A DNA stretch of 64,000 nucleotides from an uncultured Verrucomicrobiota bacterium (lineage in GTDB: Bacteria > Verrucomicrobiota > Verrucomicrobiia > Limisphaerales > DTLC01): contig CAZKTA010000001.1 of assembly GCA_964555645.1 (NCBI GenBank), forward strand, positions 282,263-346,262. Reading direction: 5' to 3'. Below, piece by piece: positions 8,460-20,384 of this stretch. Within the stretch, counting starts at the first letter, position 1. The number at the start of each line of letters is the position of its first letter. The translations under genes and the position numbers were made by a program. A model generated the notes under the pieces. The model ran no database searches. It saw nothing but the letters and a program-made list of their open reading frames with translations, and was not told the origin of the DNA.

Positions 8460-11400
8460 ATGATTGGTTACGTGATCAAGAAAATTTTCGGCTCGAAGAA
8501 CGACCGTGAAGTGCGGCGGTTACGCAACACTTTGGTGCCGAAAATAAACGAGCTCGAGCAACAGTATCAGACGCTAACTGACGAGCAAATCCGCGCAAAA
8601 ACAGATGAGTTTAAGCGCAGGATCGAGGAAGGCCGGAAAGCACGCGGCTACTACGAAGCGCTCGAGCGAGCACGCAAGTTCGAGGCCGAGTTACGCAGCG
8701 ACGAGGCCAAGATCGAGCGGCGTAAAGCCTTCGAGATCGAGCAGGCAATTCTTGATGAGTTGCTTCCTGAGGCGTTTGCCGTGGTCAAAAACGTCTGCCG
8801 TCGGCTGGTTGGCCGGACGATCATGGTACGGGGTCATCCGGTTGTGTGGGACATGATCCCGTTCGATGTGCAACTGATCGGCGCATGGGCATTGCACAAC
8901 GGCCGGATAGCCGAGATGGCAACCGGCGAAGGTAAAACGCTGGTTGCGACGATGCCGGTTTACCTAAATGCTTTGACAGGGCACGGCGTGCATTTGGTTA
9001 CTGTGAACGATTATCTTGCCGCGCGCGACGCCGAGTGGATGGGCGAGATTTACAGGTTCCTCGGGCTGACGGTCGGGTGCATACAGCATGATCAACCGCC
9101 GCATGTGCGGCGGCAACAGTATTACTGCGACATTACCTACGGTACCTGCGCTGAGTTCGGCTTTGACTATCTGCGTGACAACGGCATGGCAACACGCAAA
9201 GAAGACCAGGTCCAACGCGGTCATTATTATGCGATTGTTGACGAGGTTGACTCGATCCTGATTGATGAAGCGCGCACGCCGTTGATTATAAGCGGACCGT
9301 CGGTCAGAGCGCTCGACAACGAATACGCAAAGCACAAATCGCAGGTTGAATCGCTTGTACGCGCGCAGGAACGGTTGTGCAAACGGTATCTGGACGAAGC
9401 AGATGCGTTTTTACGCAAGCTAAGTCGAGAGGGAGAACTTGACTCAGCCGAGCGTGATGAGCTTGAGCGGCAGTTGGGGCTAATGCTTCTGCGCGTTAAA
9501 ATGGGCATGCCGAAATCGGAGGGGTTATTGCGTATGCTCGAGAACCCCGAGAACCTCAAATTGCTGAACCGTATCGAGACCGAGCTGCACCTTGACCAGA
9601 AGAAAGCACAACTTTTTGCCCAAAAAGAAGAGTTGTACTTTGCAATTGACGAGAAAAATAACGAAGCTGACCTGACTGAAAAAGGCCGCGCGTTCCTTAG
9701 TCCGAGCGACCCAGACGCATTTGTGCTGCCTGACCTTACGGTTGCGTTACACGAGATTGACGCCGGACCCGAGACAGACGTGCGCAAACGCATGGAAGCA
9801 AAACGCAAGTTGCAGGAAGAGTTCGAAGCAAAAGCGCAACGGATCCACTGCATTTCACAATTGCTGAAGGCATACTGCCTTTATTTTAAGGACGTTCACT
9901 ACGTTGTGCAGGATAACAAGGTCATCATTGTTGACCAGAACACAGGCAGGCTGATGCCGGGTCGCCGCTGGAGCGACGGGTTGCATCAGGCCGTCGAAGC
10001 CAAGGAAGGGGTCGAGATCGAACGCGAAACACAGACGCTTGCAACCATCACGATCCAAAACTACTTCAGAATGTACCAAAAGCTTGCTGGTATGACCGGC
10101 ACAGCCGAGACCGAGGCGTCTGAGTTTTGGGACATATACAAGCTGGGTGTACTTGTCATACCGACAAACAAACCGTGCATACGAAAAGACTGGAACGACT
10201 CAGTTTACAAAACTAAACGCGAGAAATACAACGCCGTCATTAACGAGATCAAACAGATTCATGCCCAAGGCAGGCCAATACTTGTAGGCACAATTTCAGT
10301 TGAGGTCAGTGAACACCTCTCACGCATGCTGCAAAAGGAACGTATCCCGCACTCGGTGTTAAACGCCAAATATCATCAACAGGAAGCCGAGATTGTGGCG
10401 CGTGCGGGGCAACGCGGGGCGGTTACGATTGCCACAAACATGGCCGGGCGTGGCACCGACATCAAACTTGGCCCCGGCGTAGCCGAGCTAGGGGGATTAC
10501 ATGTAATCGGCACTGAACGACACGAGGCGCGGCGCATAGACCGGCAGTTACGTGGCCGTTGTGCGCGACAGGGTGACCCAGGCTCATCGCACTTTTTCAT
10601 TGCGCTCGAAGATGATCTGATGCGGCTGTTCGGGTCCGAACGGATTGTAAAGTACATGGAAAAGATGGGCCTTGAAGAAGGTCAGGAACTGCAGCATCCG
10701 CTATTGAACCGGTCAATCGAGCAGGCACAAAAACGGGTCGAACAACACAACTTCCAGATCCGCAAGCGCACACTCGAGTTCGACGATGTGATGAACAAAC
10801 AACGCGAAGTCGTTTACGGATTCCGCAACCAGATCATTCATGCCGAGGATGTGCGCGACCGGCTCATGGACATAATCGAGGAGGTCATTGTCGAAAAGGT
10901 TGACCAACTCACCACCCCTGAATTTGAACTCAAAGATTGGAAGATACGGCAACTGACAGACTGGGTGAACCTGACGTTCCCGGTGGGTATAACCGAAGCT
11001 GCCGTTGCCAAAGCTGCGGAAACTGCTACCGAGACGCCTCTCAAAGGCTCAATTTACGACGGGTTGAGCGCAGCACAGTTTGCTGTGTGCAATCTCATTT
11101 TCGATGCCGTGCGCAAGGCATACGAGCTGAAGATGAGCTTTGAAAACCCGGAGGCGCTGAAAGTTGTCGAGCGTTACATCATTTTGACCGCCATTGACAA
11201 GTTGTGGCAGGAGCATCTGTACGAGATGGACAGCCTGCGTTACAGCATCGGGTTGCGTACCTATGGGCAGCGCGATCCGTTGATCGAATACAAGGTCGAG
11301 GCCAAAAAGCTGTTCGACGAAATGATGGTCAACGTAAAAAGCGAGATTTGCAAAAACATTTTCCAGAGTGCATCCAGTCTGTTTGCGTTCGAGAATTACC

Positions 11401-11642
11401 TTGCCAGTTTACCTCAGCAAACCTTGCACCAAACATTCAGCGCGTTTAGCGGCGCGGGCACGAGAACCGCTTCCACTGCTGCGGCTGGGGCACCTCAACA
11501 GCGAAGGGCGAGCGACATTGTCAGCGAAGCAGCGGCTGCAGTTGACCGCTCGAAACCGGTTTGGACAGGGCCGAAGGTGGGCCGAAACGACCCTTGCCCA
11601 TGCGGCAGCGGTAAAAAATTCAAGCACTGCTGTGGCAGGTAA
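8460..11642 (+). CDS. secA: preprotein translocase ATPase SecA (long form, about 1060 aa)
   Basis: MIGYVIKKIFGSKNDREVRR N-terminus, Walker A MATGEGKTLVA, and C-terminal zinc motif CPCGSGKKFKHCCG. Confidence 0.95.
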   Translation: MIGYVIKKIFGSKNDREVRRLRNTLVPKINELEQQYQTLTDEQIRAKTDEFKRRIEEGRKARGYYEALERARKFEAELRSDEAKIERRKAFEIEQAILDELLPEAFAVVKNVCRRLVGRTIMVRGHPVVWDMIPFDVQLIGAWALHNGRIAEMATGEGKTLVATMPVYLNALTGHGVHLVTVNDYLAARDAEWMGEIYRFLGLTVGCIQHDQPPHVRRQQYYCDITYGTCAEFGFDYLRDNGMATRKEDQVQRGHYYAIVDEVDSILIDEARTPLIISGPSVRALDNEYAKHKSQVESLVRAQERLCKRYLDEADAFLRKLSREGELDSAERDELERQLGLMLLRVKMGMPKSEGLLRMLENPENLKLLNRIETELHLDQKKAQLFAQKEELYFAIDEKNNEADLTEKGRAFLSPSDPDAFVLPDLTVALHEIDAGPETDVRKRMEAKRKLQEEFEAKAQRIHCISQLLKAYCLYFKDVHYVVQDNKVIIVDQNTGRLMPGRRWSDGLHQAVEAKEGVEIERETQTLATITIQNYFRMYQKLAGMTGTAETEASEFWDIYKLGVLVIPTNKPCIRKDWNDSVYKTKREKYNAVINEIKQIHAQGRPILVGTISVEVSEHLSRMLQKERIPHSVLNAKYHQQEAEIVARAGQRGAVTIATNMAGRGTDIKLGPGVAELGGLHVIGTERHEARRIDRQLRGRCARQGDPGSSHFFIALEDDLMRLFGSERIVKYMEKMGLEEGQELQHPLLNRSIEQAQKRVEQHNFQIRKRTLEFDDVMNKQREVVYGFRNQIIHAEDVRDRLMDIIEEVIVEKVDQLTTPEFELKDWKIRQLTDWVNLTFPVGITEAAVAKAAETATETPLKGSIYDGLSAAQFAVCNLIFDAVRKAYELKMSFENPEALKVVERYIILTAIDKLWQEHLYEMDSLRYSIGLRTYGQRDPLIEYKVEAKKLFDEMMVNVKSEICKNIFQSASSLFAFENYLASLPQQTLHQTFSAFSGAGTRTASTAAAGAPQQRRASDIVSEAAAAVDRSKPVWTGPKVGRNDPCPCGSGKKFKHCCGR

Positions 11643-11858
11643 AAAGTTTTAACGCTGTGTTTTAACGCTTGCCTAGATCGGCGGGTGTTCAACCGTAGGA
11701 TGCCGCATCGGTTTTATATCGGGGCGGTTGCTCGCGTTTCCGCGGGTCTTTATAGCTCGTATGGGCCCTGAATCTAGGGCCAATGTGCGGTTACAAATTG
11801 GCAGGGTGGTTTTGCCCAAGCCCGCCAATGTGAAGCTGAAGCTTAACTCTCGCTGCTT

Positions 11859-12455
11859 TTACTTTCTTGTGCGTCGGATTAGCATCAGCACAAGTGCAGC
11901 CACACCAAATCCAATTGTGCCAGGTTCAGGTATTACCACCGTCAATTGCGGCCAAGTGGCTGGGTCTGTGTTTTCCTTGCTGCCAAGGCCATACCCGCGG
12001 CCGCTGGTCTCGATTACGGAATAGTCAAAAATGAAAGTCGCCAGGCCACCCGCAGCAATCCGTTCGTTTAGGAAACTTACCAAGTTCGTTCCTGAGATAG
12101 TTGCAGTTGTGGTTGTGACAACCTCGTTACCTGCTGTTCCATCGAAATCAACTACGCGCAAAGGATCATAGGTGTTTTCGCTAACGTACTCTGTGCCTTT
12201 GGTATTCCACGTGAGTGTTAGCTCATCCCAGTTTTGTGGTGTGTTGCCAGCCACATCCTTCAGCCCCAATGCGCGGAAGCGTCCCGATGTTAGTGTATCA
12301 TTGCGTTCAGTGGTCGTGACTTTCGTAAGCGTTAGGGAGGCGTCCATTAATTGTGTGCCTGGCGCAAGGCTAGATAAATCAAATCTCACATAACCGAAAT
12401 AGTCACGGCCCGAAATCGAATACAGGTAAATGTAGCCGAGATTGCCGTAATTCAT
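11859..12455 (-). CDS. PEP-CTERM-anchored secreted protein; the 5' region appears disrupted (see finding)
   Basis: C-terminus VIPEPGTIGFGVAALVLMLIRRTRK is PEP + TM + basic tail. The body has the ...YVRFDLSSL...LTLTWNT pattern of secreted beta-sandwich domains. Confidence 0.75.
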   Translation of the reverse strand: MNYGNLGYIYLYSISGRDYFGYVRFDLSSLAPGTQLMDASLTLTKVTTTERNDTLTSGRFRALGLKDVAGNTPQNWDELTLTWNTKGTEYVSENTYDPLRVVDFDGTAGNEVVTTTTATISGTNLVSFLNERIAAGGLATFIFDYSVIETSGRGYGLGSKENTDPATWPQLTVVIPEPGTIGFGVAALVLMLIRRTRK

Positions 12456-12930
12456 GTTTTCGTAGCCGGGTTGGTTGCGGACGTATGTGTCTGCGACAGG
12501 TGTAAAGACATTTGTGACCTATGCGATCGCTGCTGAGGTAAGCAGACTTATAAAACAGCTGATAACTTCTTTATGTGTGCGCATCGCGCGACAAATTTAA
12601 AAAAAACCCAAATTTGTCAAGCTTTTTGTCTACTCCAGTTTATTTTGGTCGTGTTGAGGGGTCGGACACTCAGGGAGACGAGCAGGTTGCGCGCTTGCTG
12701 GATAAAATGGAAGGCTGGCATACACAGGCGCAGGATTCGGGCCCTGGGTGTGCTATTTAGCAGGCGTTAAAGAGCGCCGGCAACCGATTTTCCCTAAAGT
12801 AATTGAGGTTTTTTGGGCGCGGCTGACATACAAAAAACTTGTTTCGGGCTTGCTTGCGTGCAAATGTGTGGGTTCTTGGAACGAATTGAACTTAGTTTTG
12901 TTAAACCGAAAAAAGAAGCAGTTAGGCCTT

Positions 12931-13875
12931 ATGGCTTTGAATAGGTCAATGATTGTTCTGGTGTGCATTGCAGCGGCAGTGCTCGCCTGGACGAATGCGC
13001 TGTTTATTAAGGGCGCTGAGGCGCGTGCAGATTTGTACGGCGCGGAAGAGACTGTGGGGTCCGCCCATGCAACGCACGGTTTGCCTAAGGCGCCGCCGGT
13101 GTTGTTTAGGGTCGGCCCGTTGCCAGTCACAAACTCGATGGTTGTAAGCTGGGTTGTTGCGGTTGGATTAATAGTTTTTGCGCGGCTAGCCACACGCCAG
13201 ATGCAGGAAGTGCCGGGAGGTTTGCAAAACTTTTGGGAATGGCTGGTGGAAATTTTGCATGATTTCCTGGAGGGATTGATTGGGCGTGATCTTGTGCGCC
13301 GGACGTTTTGGTTTTTCGCCTCGATTTTCATTTTTATTTTGTTTGCGGATTGGGCCGGATTATTGCCCGGTGTAGGCACAATTGGCTGGGGAACAAAAAC
13401 TGCGCATGGCTTTGTTGTTGAACGGCCCTTGTTCCGCGGCGCAAACGCGGACTTGAACATGACATTTGCGATGGCGACAGTGTTTTTTGTTTGCTGGACG
13501 ATTTGGGCATTGCAAGTCAACGGACTCAAGGGATTTCTGCTGCACATCTTCGGCCCGAAAGGCGATACCACCGGACTGTTGCGAGTCATGTTGATTGGTA
13601 TGTTTGTGTTTGTCGGTTTGCTTGAGGTTATCTCGATTCTGTTTCGGCCGGTGTCATTGAGCTTTCGTTTGTATGGCAATATTTACGCAGGCGAAAATCT
13701 TTTGGAAGCAGTGACGGCAGTTGCGCCTGCGCCGTTTAGCTGGCTTTTACCGGTGCCGTTTTATTTGCTTGAGTTGATGGTCGGCGTCATTCAAGCGCTG
13801 GTTTTCATGTTGTTAACTGCTGTTTTCACGATGTTAATTTGCACACACGAGCAGGCAGAACAGGCAGAGGAATAG
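12931..13875 (+). CDS. atpB: F0F1 ATP synthase subunit a
   Basis: Polytopic membrane protein with SLSFRLYGNIYAGE (conserved Arg region). It is first in the atp operon. The start is taken at MALNRS within ORF 12748..13875. Confidence 0.85.
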   Translation: MALNRSMIVLVCIAAAVLAWTNALFIKGAEARADLYGAEETVGSAHATHGLPKAPPVLFRVGPLPVTNSMVVSWVVAVGLIVFARLATRQMQEVPGGLQNFWEWLVEILHDFLEGLIGRDLVRRTFWFFASIFIFILFADWAGLLPGVGTIGWGTKTAHGFVVERPLFRGANADLNMTFAMATVFFVCWTIWALQVNGLKGFLLHIFGPKGDTTGLLRVMLIGMFVFVGLLEVISILFRPVSLSFRLYGNIYAGENLLEAVTAVAPAPFSWLLPVPFYLLELMVGVIQALVFMLLTAVFTMLICTHEQAEQAEE

Positions 13876-13935
13876 CCGCACCATTAAGAAATGACGACTT
13901 AGCAGCAAAATTTAACAACAAAGTACCAGAACTGC

Positions 13936-14157
13936 ATGAACACTATGATAATGCAAATGGCAGCTGAATTGACAGGTAACGTACACGTTGCTGCGGCGTG
14001 CTTGGCTGCGGCAATTGGAGTGGGCTGGATTGGGGCAAAAGCTTCAGAAGCAGTCGGCCGCAATCCAGGTGCATCAACAAAAATCCTCGTGCAATCAATT
14101 CTTGCGATTGCATTTGCCGAGGCGATTGTGTTTTACGCGATCTTCCTCGCCAAATAG
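13936..14157 (+). CDS. atpE: F0F1 ATP synthase subunit c
   Basis: 73-aa hairpin proteolipid with GRNPG loop and the carboxylate in AFAEAIVFYA. Confidence 0.9.
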   Translation: MNTMIMQMAAELTGNVHVAAACLAAAIGVGWIGAKASEAVGRNPGASTKILVQSILAIAFAEAIVFYAIFLAK

Positions 14158-14217
14158 ACACTTGGCCAGCTCAACCGGGGTACATGGCCAGGTAGAGCCT
14201 TTTGGCGTTGGTATTAT

Positions 14218-14781
14218 GTGCTTATGACGATGACAAGTTTCATTGTATTTGCGGATATCGGCGGCGACTTGGCGGGCAAAGCAGCCCAGATCGGGCGCGA
14301 TTTTGGTGTTGATTGGCCGATGTTCACGGCCCAGGTGATAAGCTTTTGTCTTGTGGCGTTTCTGTTGCATCGATTTGCTTACAAACCTGTCCTCGTCGCG
14401 CTCGAGCAACGCAGACAGCGTATAGCGGAGGGCTTGGCAAACGCAGAAAAGATCAAGGCTGAGTTGGCTAGTGCACAAGCCAAAGCACAAGAGATAATTG
14501 CCCGGGCTGTCCATGAGGGAGATCGGTTGATTGACGAGGCGCGTAAGACGGCTGCGCAACTGCAACAGCGTGAAATGCAAAAGGCAATTGCAACCGCCCA
14601 AGCGCTCATTGAAAAGGCTCGGCAGACCACAGAGCTTGAACGCACGCAAATGTTGGCTGAGTTACGCGGTGAACTTGGTAGGCTGGTGGTCGAGACAGCG
14701 GTTCGTGTCACGGGCAAAATACTCACAACCGAAGACCAAAAGCGGTTGGTCGAAGAAACCACACGCGAGCTTGCGGCTTGA
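14218..14781 (+). CDS. atpF: F0F1 ATP synthase subunit b
   Basis: N-terminal TM segment followed by a long charged coiled coil; sits between atpE and atpH. Confidence 0.75.
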   Translation: MLMTMTSFIVFADIGGDLAGKAAQIGRDFGVDWPMFTAQVISFCLVAFLLHRFAYKPVLVALEQRRQRIAEGLANAEKIKAELASAQAKAQEIIARAVHEGDRLIDEARKTAAQLQQREMQKAIATAQALIEKARQTTELERTQMLAELRGELGRLVVETAVRVTGKILTTEDQKRLVEETTRELAA

Positions 14782-14825
14782 GTGTATTGCGGTCGTCCGG
14801 CGGGGTGGTAATCCGGTAAAAATTT

Positions 14826-15239
14826 TTGCAGCTCGTGAAAATATCAAAACAGGCCAGACGCTGCGCAAAACAGCTTTTCAAAAGTTGTTTACGTGACGGT
14901 CAGCTCGACGACGATAAAGTCAAGCGAGCTGTGAATGTGTTAATTGAGGCAAAACCGCGCGGGTACCTGGCTGTGCTTGCACATCTTAGACGGCTGGTAA
15001 AGCTGCAAGTGCAACGCAGGACCGTGTTGGTTGAAACCGTTGTAGCGCTCGAACGTGAGCAGAGTCAACGCCTACGCGAACAACTCGAGAAGCGGTACGG
15101 ACCGGGCTTGCGGTTTGAATTTGTGCAACGGCCCGAGTTGATCGGTGGTGTACGCGTGCAGGTGGGCAGTGATGTTTACGACGGAACAATCCGTGCGCGG
15201 CTTGAGGAGCTGAGGACCCGCTTTACATCGCATAAGTGA
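14826..15239 (+). CDS. atpH: F0F1 ATP synthase subunit delta (short, 137 aa, TTG start)
   Basis: OSCP-like ends: ARRCAKQLFKSCLRDGQLDD at the N-terminus and ELIGGVRVQVGSDVYDGTIRARLEEL at the C-terminus. An in-frame TAA at 14817 prevents a longer N-terminus. Confidence 0.7.
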   Translation: MQLVKISKQARRCAKQLFKSCLRDGQLDDDKVKRAVNVLIEAKPRGYLAVLAHLRRLVKLQVQRRTVLVETVVALEREQSQRLREQLEKRYGPGLRFEFVQRPELIGGVRVQVGSDVYDGTIRARLEELRTRFTSHK

Positions 15240-15260
15240 GGTTTAGTCGAGTAGCAAGAT

Positions 15261-16793
15261 ATGAGTTCAATATTGCAGGAGATCGAAGCGCAGATTGCCA
15301 GTGCAAAAACTGCCGTGCTCAAGCAGAACATTGGCATCGTGCGCGAAGTGCACGATGGCGTGGCCAAGATCGAAGGTTTGGCCGACGCGATGTACAACGA
15401 GATGCTCGATTTTGGCGACGGCCTGATGGGGTTAGCGCTCTCTCTGGAGGAGACAGAAGTAGGGGCGGTTATTTTGGGTGATTACCTTCGCGTCCGTGAG
15501 GGTCAGACGGTGCGTACCACTGGCAGGGTTCTTTCCGTACCAGTTGGCAAAGCGCTCCTAGGGCGAGTTGTAGATGCGCTTGGTCGGCCGATTGACGGCA
15601 AAGGACCAATTGCAGCAGAGACAACTTATCCAGTTGAACGAATTGCGCCTGGGGTGATCAAGCGGCGCTCGGTCAATCAGCCTGTGCAAACCGGTATAAT
15701 GGCCATTGACGCAATGATACCGATTGGACGCGGCCAGCGCGAGCTTATCATAGGCGACCGTGCAACCGGCAAGACAACTATTTGTGTGGATACAATCATA
15801 AACAACGCACGCCTGAACCGTGAAGCCGACGAACGCGGTGAAAGAGACTACCGCCCATTGTACTCGATCTATGTTGCAATTGGGCAGAAGCAGTCAAACG
15901 TTGCGCGCGTGATAGCCGAGCTTGAGAAAGCCGGTGCAATGCCGTACACGATAGTTGTTGTTGCCGCGGCATCGGATTCTGCTGCGGACCAATACTTGGC
16001 GCCGTTTGCGGGGTGTGCAATGGGCGAATGGTTCATGGACAACGGCATGGATGCGCTTATTGTGTACGATGACCTTTCGAAGCATGCGGTGGCGTACAGG
16101 CAGGTGTCACTTGTACTCAAGCGGCCATCTGGGCGTGAGGCATATCCGGGTGACGTGTTTTATCTGCACAGCCGGTTACTCGAACGCGCTGCACGCATGA
16201 ACGAAAAACACGGCAATGGATCGCTTACAGCCCTCCCAATCATTGAGACACAAGCAGGCGACGTAACGGCGTACATACCAACCAACGTAATTTCGATTAC
16301 CGACGGCCAGATTTATCTCGAAACCGACCTGTTTTACCAGGGTGTACGGCCTGCAATTTCAGTCGGTATTTCAGTGTCACGTGTCGGTTCTGCCGCGCAG
16401 GTCAAGGCAATGAAACAGGTGGCCGGCCGGGTTAAACTTGACCTCGCGCAGTTCCGTGAACTGGCTGCGTTTGCGCAGTTCGGCTCCGAACTCGACCCAC
16501 TTACACAGGCGCGGCTTGAGCGGGGCAAACGGATTATCGAGCTTTTCAAACAACCACCCTATAACCCAATCCCAGTTGAAGTCCAGGTGGCCGTGCTTTG
16601 GGCTGTGCAAAACAATTTTATGGACGATGTGCCGGTCGAGAAGATCAAAGATTTCCAAAATAAACTCACAGAATTTCTCACGCTGCGCAAGAGTGCGTTG
16701 CTGACGCGAATCCGAGTTGAAAAAGCTGTCACCGACGCACTAGCAGCGGAACTAAAGAGCGCGCTGGAGCAGTTCAAGCAAACATACCGGTAA
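15261..16793 (+). CDS. atpA: F0F1 ATP synthase subunit alpha
   Basis: Walker [11 protein letters not shown]; 510 aa; operon position. Confidence 0.95.
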   Translation: MSSILQEIEAQIASAKTAVLKQNIGIVREVHDGVAKIEGLADAMYNEMLDFGDGLMGLALSLEETEVGAVILGDYLRVREGQTVRTTGRVLSVPVGKALLGRVVDALGRPIDGKGPIAAETTYPVERIAPGVIKRRSVNQPVQTGIMAIDAMIPIGRGQRELIIGDRATGKTTICVDTIINNARLNREADERGERDYRPLYSIYVAIGQKQSNVARVIAELEKAGAMPYTIVVVAAASDSAADQYLAPFAGCAMGEWFMDNGMDALIVYDDLSKHAVAYRQVSLVLKRPSGREAYPGDVFYLHSRLLERAARMNEKHGNGSLTALPIIETQAGDVTAYIPTNVISITDGQIYLETDLFYQGVRPAISVGISVSRVGSAAQVKAMKQVAGRVKLDLAQFRELAAFAQFGSELDPLTQARLERGKRIIELFKQPPYNPIPVEVQVAVLWAVQNNFMDDVPVEKIKDFQNKLTEFLTLRKSALLTRIRVEKAVTDALAAELKSALEQFKQTYR

Positions 16794-16801
16794 AAACGCC
16801 A

Positions 16802-19125
<2,324 letters not shown>

Positions 19126-19155
19126 TTCGTTGATTCGGATACAATCCAACACAAC

Positions 19156-19566
19156 ATGGCAGCAACACTGAGGCTTGAAATAGTTACGCCCGATGAAGTT
19201 GCTTACAGCGACGACGTCGAGATGGTCACGCTGCCCGGTATCGAGGGGCAGCTTGGCATTTACCCGAATCACGTGCCGCTGGTGACACAGATTGTTCCGG
19301 GCGAAATTGTTGCTCGCAAGGCCGGACGCGATTATTACCTTGTTGTAGGGGAAGGATTTGTTGAGGTCACACCGCGTTATGTTGCGGTGCTGACTGATAT
19401 GGCTGTTGGTGGCGATACACTCGATGACGCAAAGACCGAAGAAGCACGACGTAGAGCCGAGGCGCGCATGGCAGAACGTATGAGCCAGGCTGAAGTTGCA
19501 TCTGTCAGCGCCGCAATAGCGCATTCGCTGGCGCAACTGCGGCTCCGGCGCCGGTCACCCCGTTAG
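19156..19566 (+). CDS. atpC: F0F1 ATP synthase subunit epsilon
   Basis: LRLEIVTPDEVAYSDDVEMVTLPGIEGQLGIYPNHVPL is a typical epsilon N-domain. Confidence 0.9.
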   Translation: MAATLRLEIVTPDEVAYSDDVEMVTLPGIEGQLGIYPNHVPLVTQIVPGEIVARKAGRDYYLVVGEGFVEVTPRYVAVLTDMAVGGDTLDDAKTEEARRRAEARMAERMSQAEVASVSAAIAHSLAQLRLRRRSPR

Positions 19567-19584
19567 TCAAGATTGACCCGCATC

Positions 19585-19616
19585 GCATGCCGCGTTTGGC
19601 ATGTGCGGCGGCATGC
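19585..19616. terminator. GC-rich hairpin between convergent atpC and the reductase gene (candidate bidirectional terminator)
   Basis: Perfect 9-bp arms GCATGCCGC (19585-19593) and GCGGCATGC (19608-19616) with a 14-nt loop. There is no clear U-tract. Confidence 0.35.
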
Positions 19617-19670
19617 CGGCTGATCACCAACCCGTCCTCCCAACGGGTCTTGGCTCGAATTTGGGAGCTG

Positions 19671-20384
19671 TCACCGGAGCGCTTCCAGTACGAGGAACAG
19701 CTCGTTTCCGGTGCGTTTTACCGATTTCAGCCTGAACACTGAACCCAGAGCGAGCTTTGGCATGCCTTTGCCATCTGCGATTGTCGGCGCATTTGCCCCA
19801 CCGAAAATCAGCGGACAAATTGTAAGATGCAGTTCGTCCACCAAACCCGCCTTGAATAATGCATCATTTAGTTCTCCCCCACCTTCGCATACGAGTCGCC
19901 TTACACCCCATCGGGTATATAACCAGCGTAATGCTGTGCGGAAATTGATTTTGTCTTTTCCGCAAATTTTGACAATTGCGCCAGCGGCTTCGAGTCTTGA
20001 GAGCCTGTGTTTCGGTGCGCGGCGCGTTGTCAAAACTATTATTGGGGAAAATCGCTTGGTGAAAATATGGGCGTTAGGGCTTACACTAGCTCTGCCACTG
20101 ACTACAACGCGCAGATTGTACTCAGCTAAGCCGCGTTTGAGTCTGAGCCTTCGGAACCGCTCCGGCCCAGGCCCGAGATTGAGTTGTTGTGCCTGTACCG
20201 TGCGCGCGCCGGTCATCACCGCATCTGCAGTTGCACGCAGCTCGAGCAGATGCTCCAGGTCGCGTCGGCTGCCGAAGGTTGAGACTGCACGATTGGCAGT
20301 TGTAATTTTACCGTCGGCACTCATTGCCATATTGACTATTACATACGGCAAATTGCGCCCGGGGTTTTTTTGCCCGGAGTTCAT
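19671..20384 (-). CDS. RibD C-terminal-domain / dihydrofolate-reductase-like reductase
   Basis: YVIVNMAMSADGKITTANRAVSTFGSRRDLEHLLELRATADAVMTGARTV pattern. It overlaps queA by 4 nt. Confidence 0.7.
   Translation of the reverse strand: MNSGQKNPGRNLPYVIVNMAMSADGKITTANRAVSTFGSRRDLEHLLELRATADAVMTGARTVQAQQLNLGPGPERFRRLRLKRGLAEYNLRVVVSGRASVSPNAHIFTKRFSPIIVLTTRRAPKHRLSRLEAAGAIVKICGKDKINFRTALRWLYTRWGVRRLVCEGGGELNDALFKAGLVDELHLTICPLIFGGANAPTIADGKGMPKLALGSVFRLKSVKRTGNELFLVLEALR

Noticed and set aside
11647-11669. Direct repeat TTTTAACGCT-GTG-TTTTAACGCT just after the secA stop
   Set aside because: It is a very short two-copy repeat with no hairpin potential or known motif. That is insufficient to call a regulatory element.
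12631-12660. 14-nt identity (CCAGTTTATTTTGG) shared with 27647-27660
   Set aside because: A single 14-mer match is expected by chance several times in 64 kb on two strands, and the flanks do not align.
12753-13679. 308-aa minus-strand ORF antisense to atpB
   Set aside because: It lies entirely within the clearly recognisable atpB frame. Its product is low-complexity (N/K/T/P/S-rich) with no motif. This is the typical shadow ORF of a membrane-protein gene.
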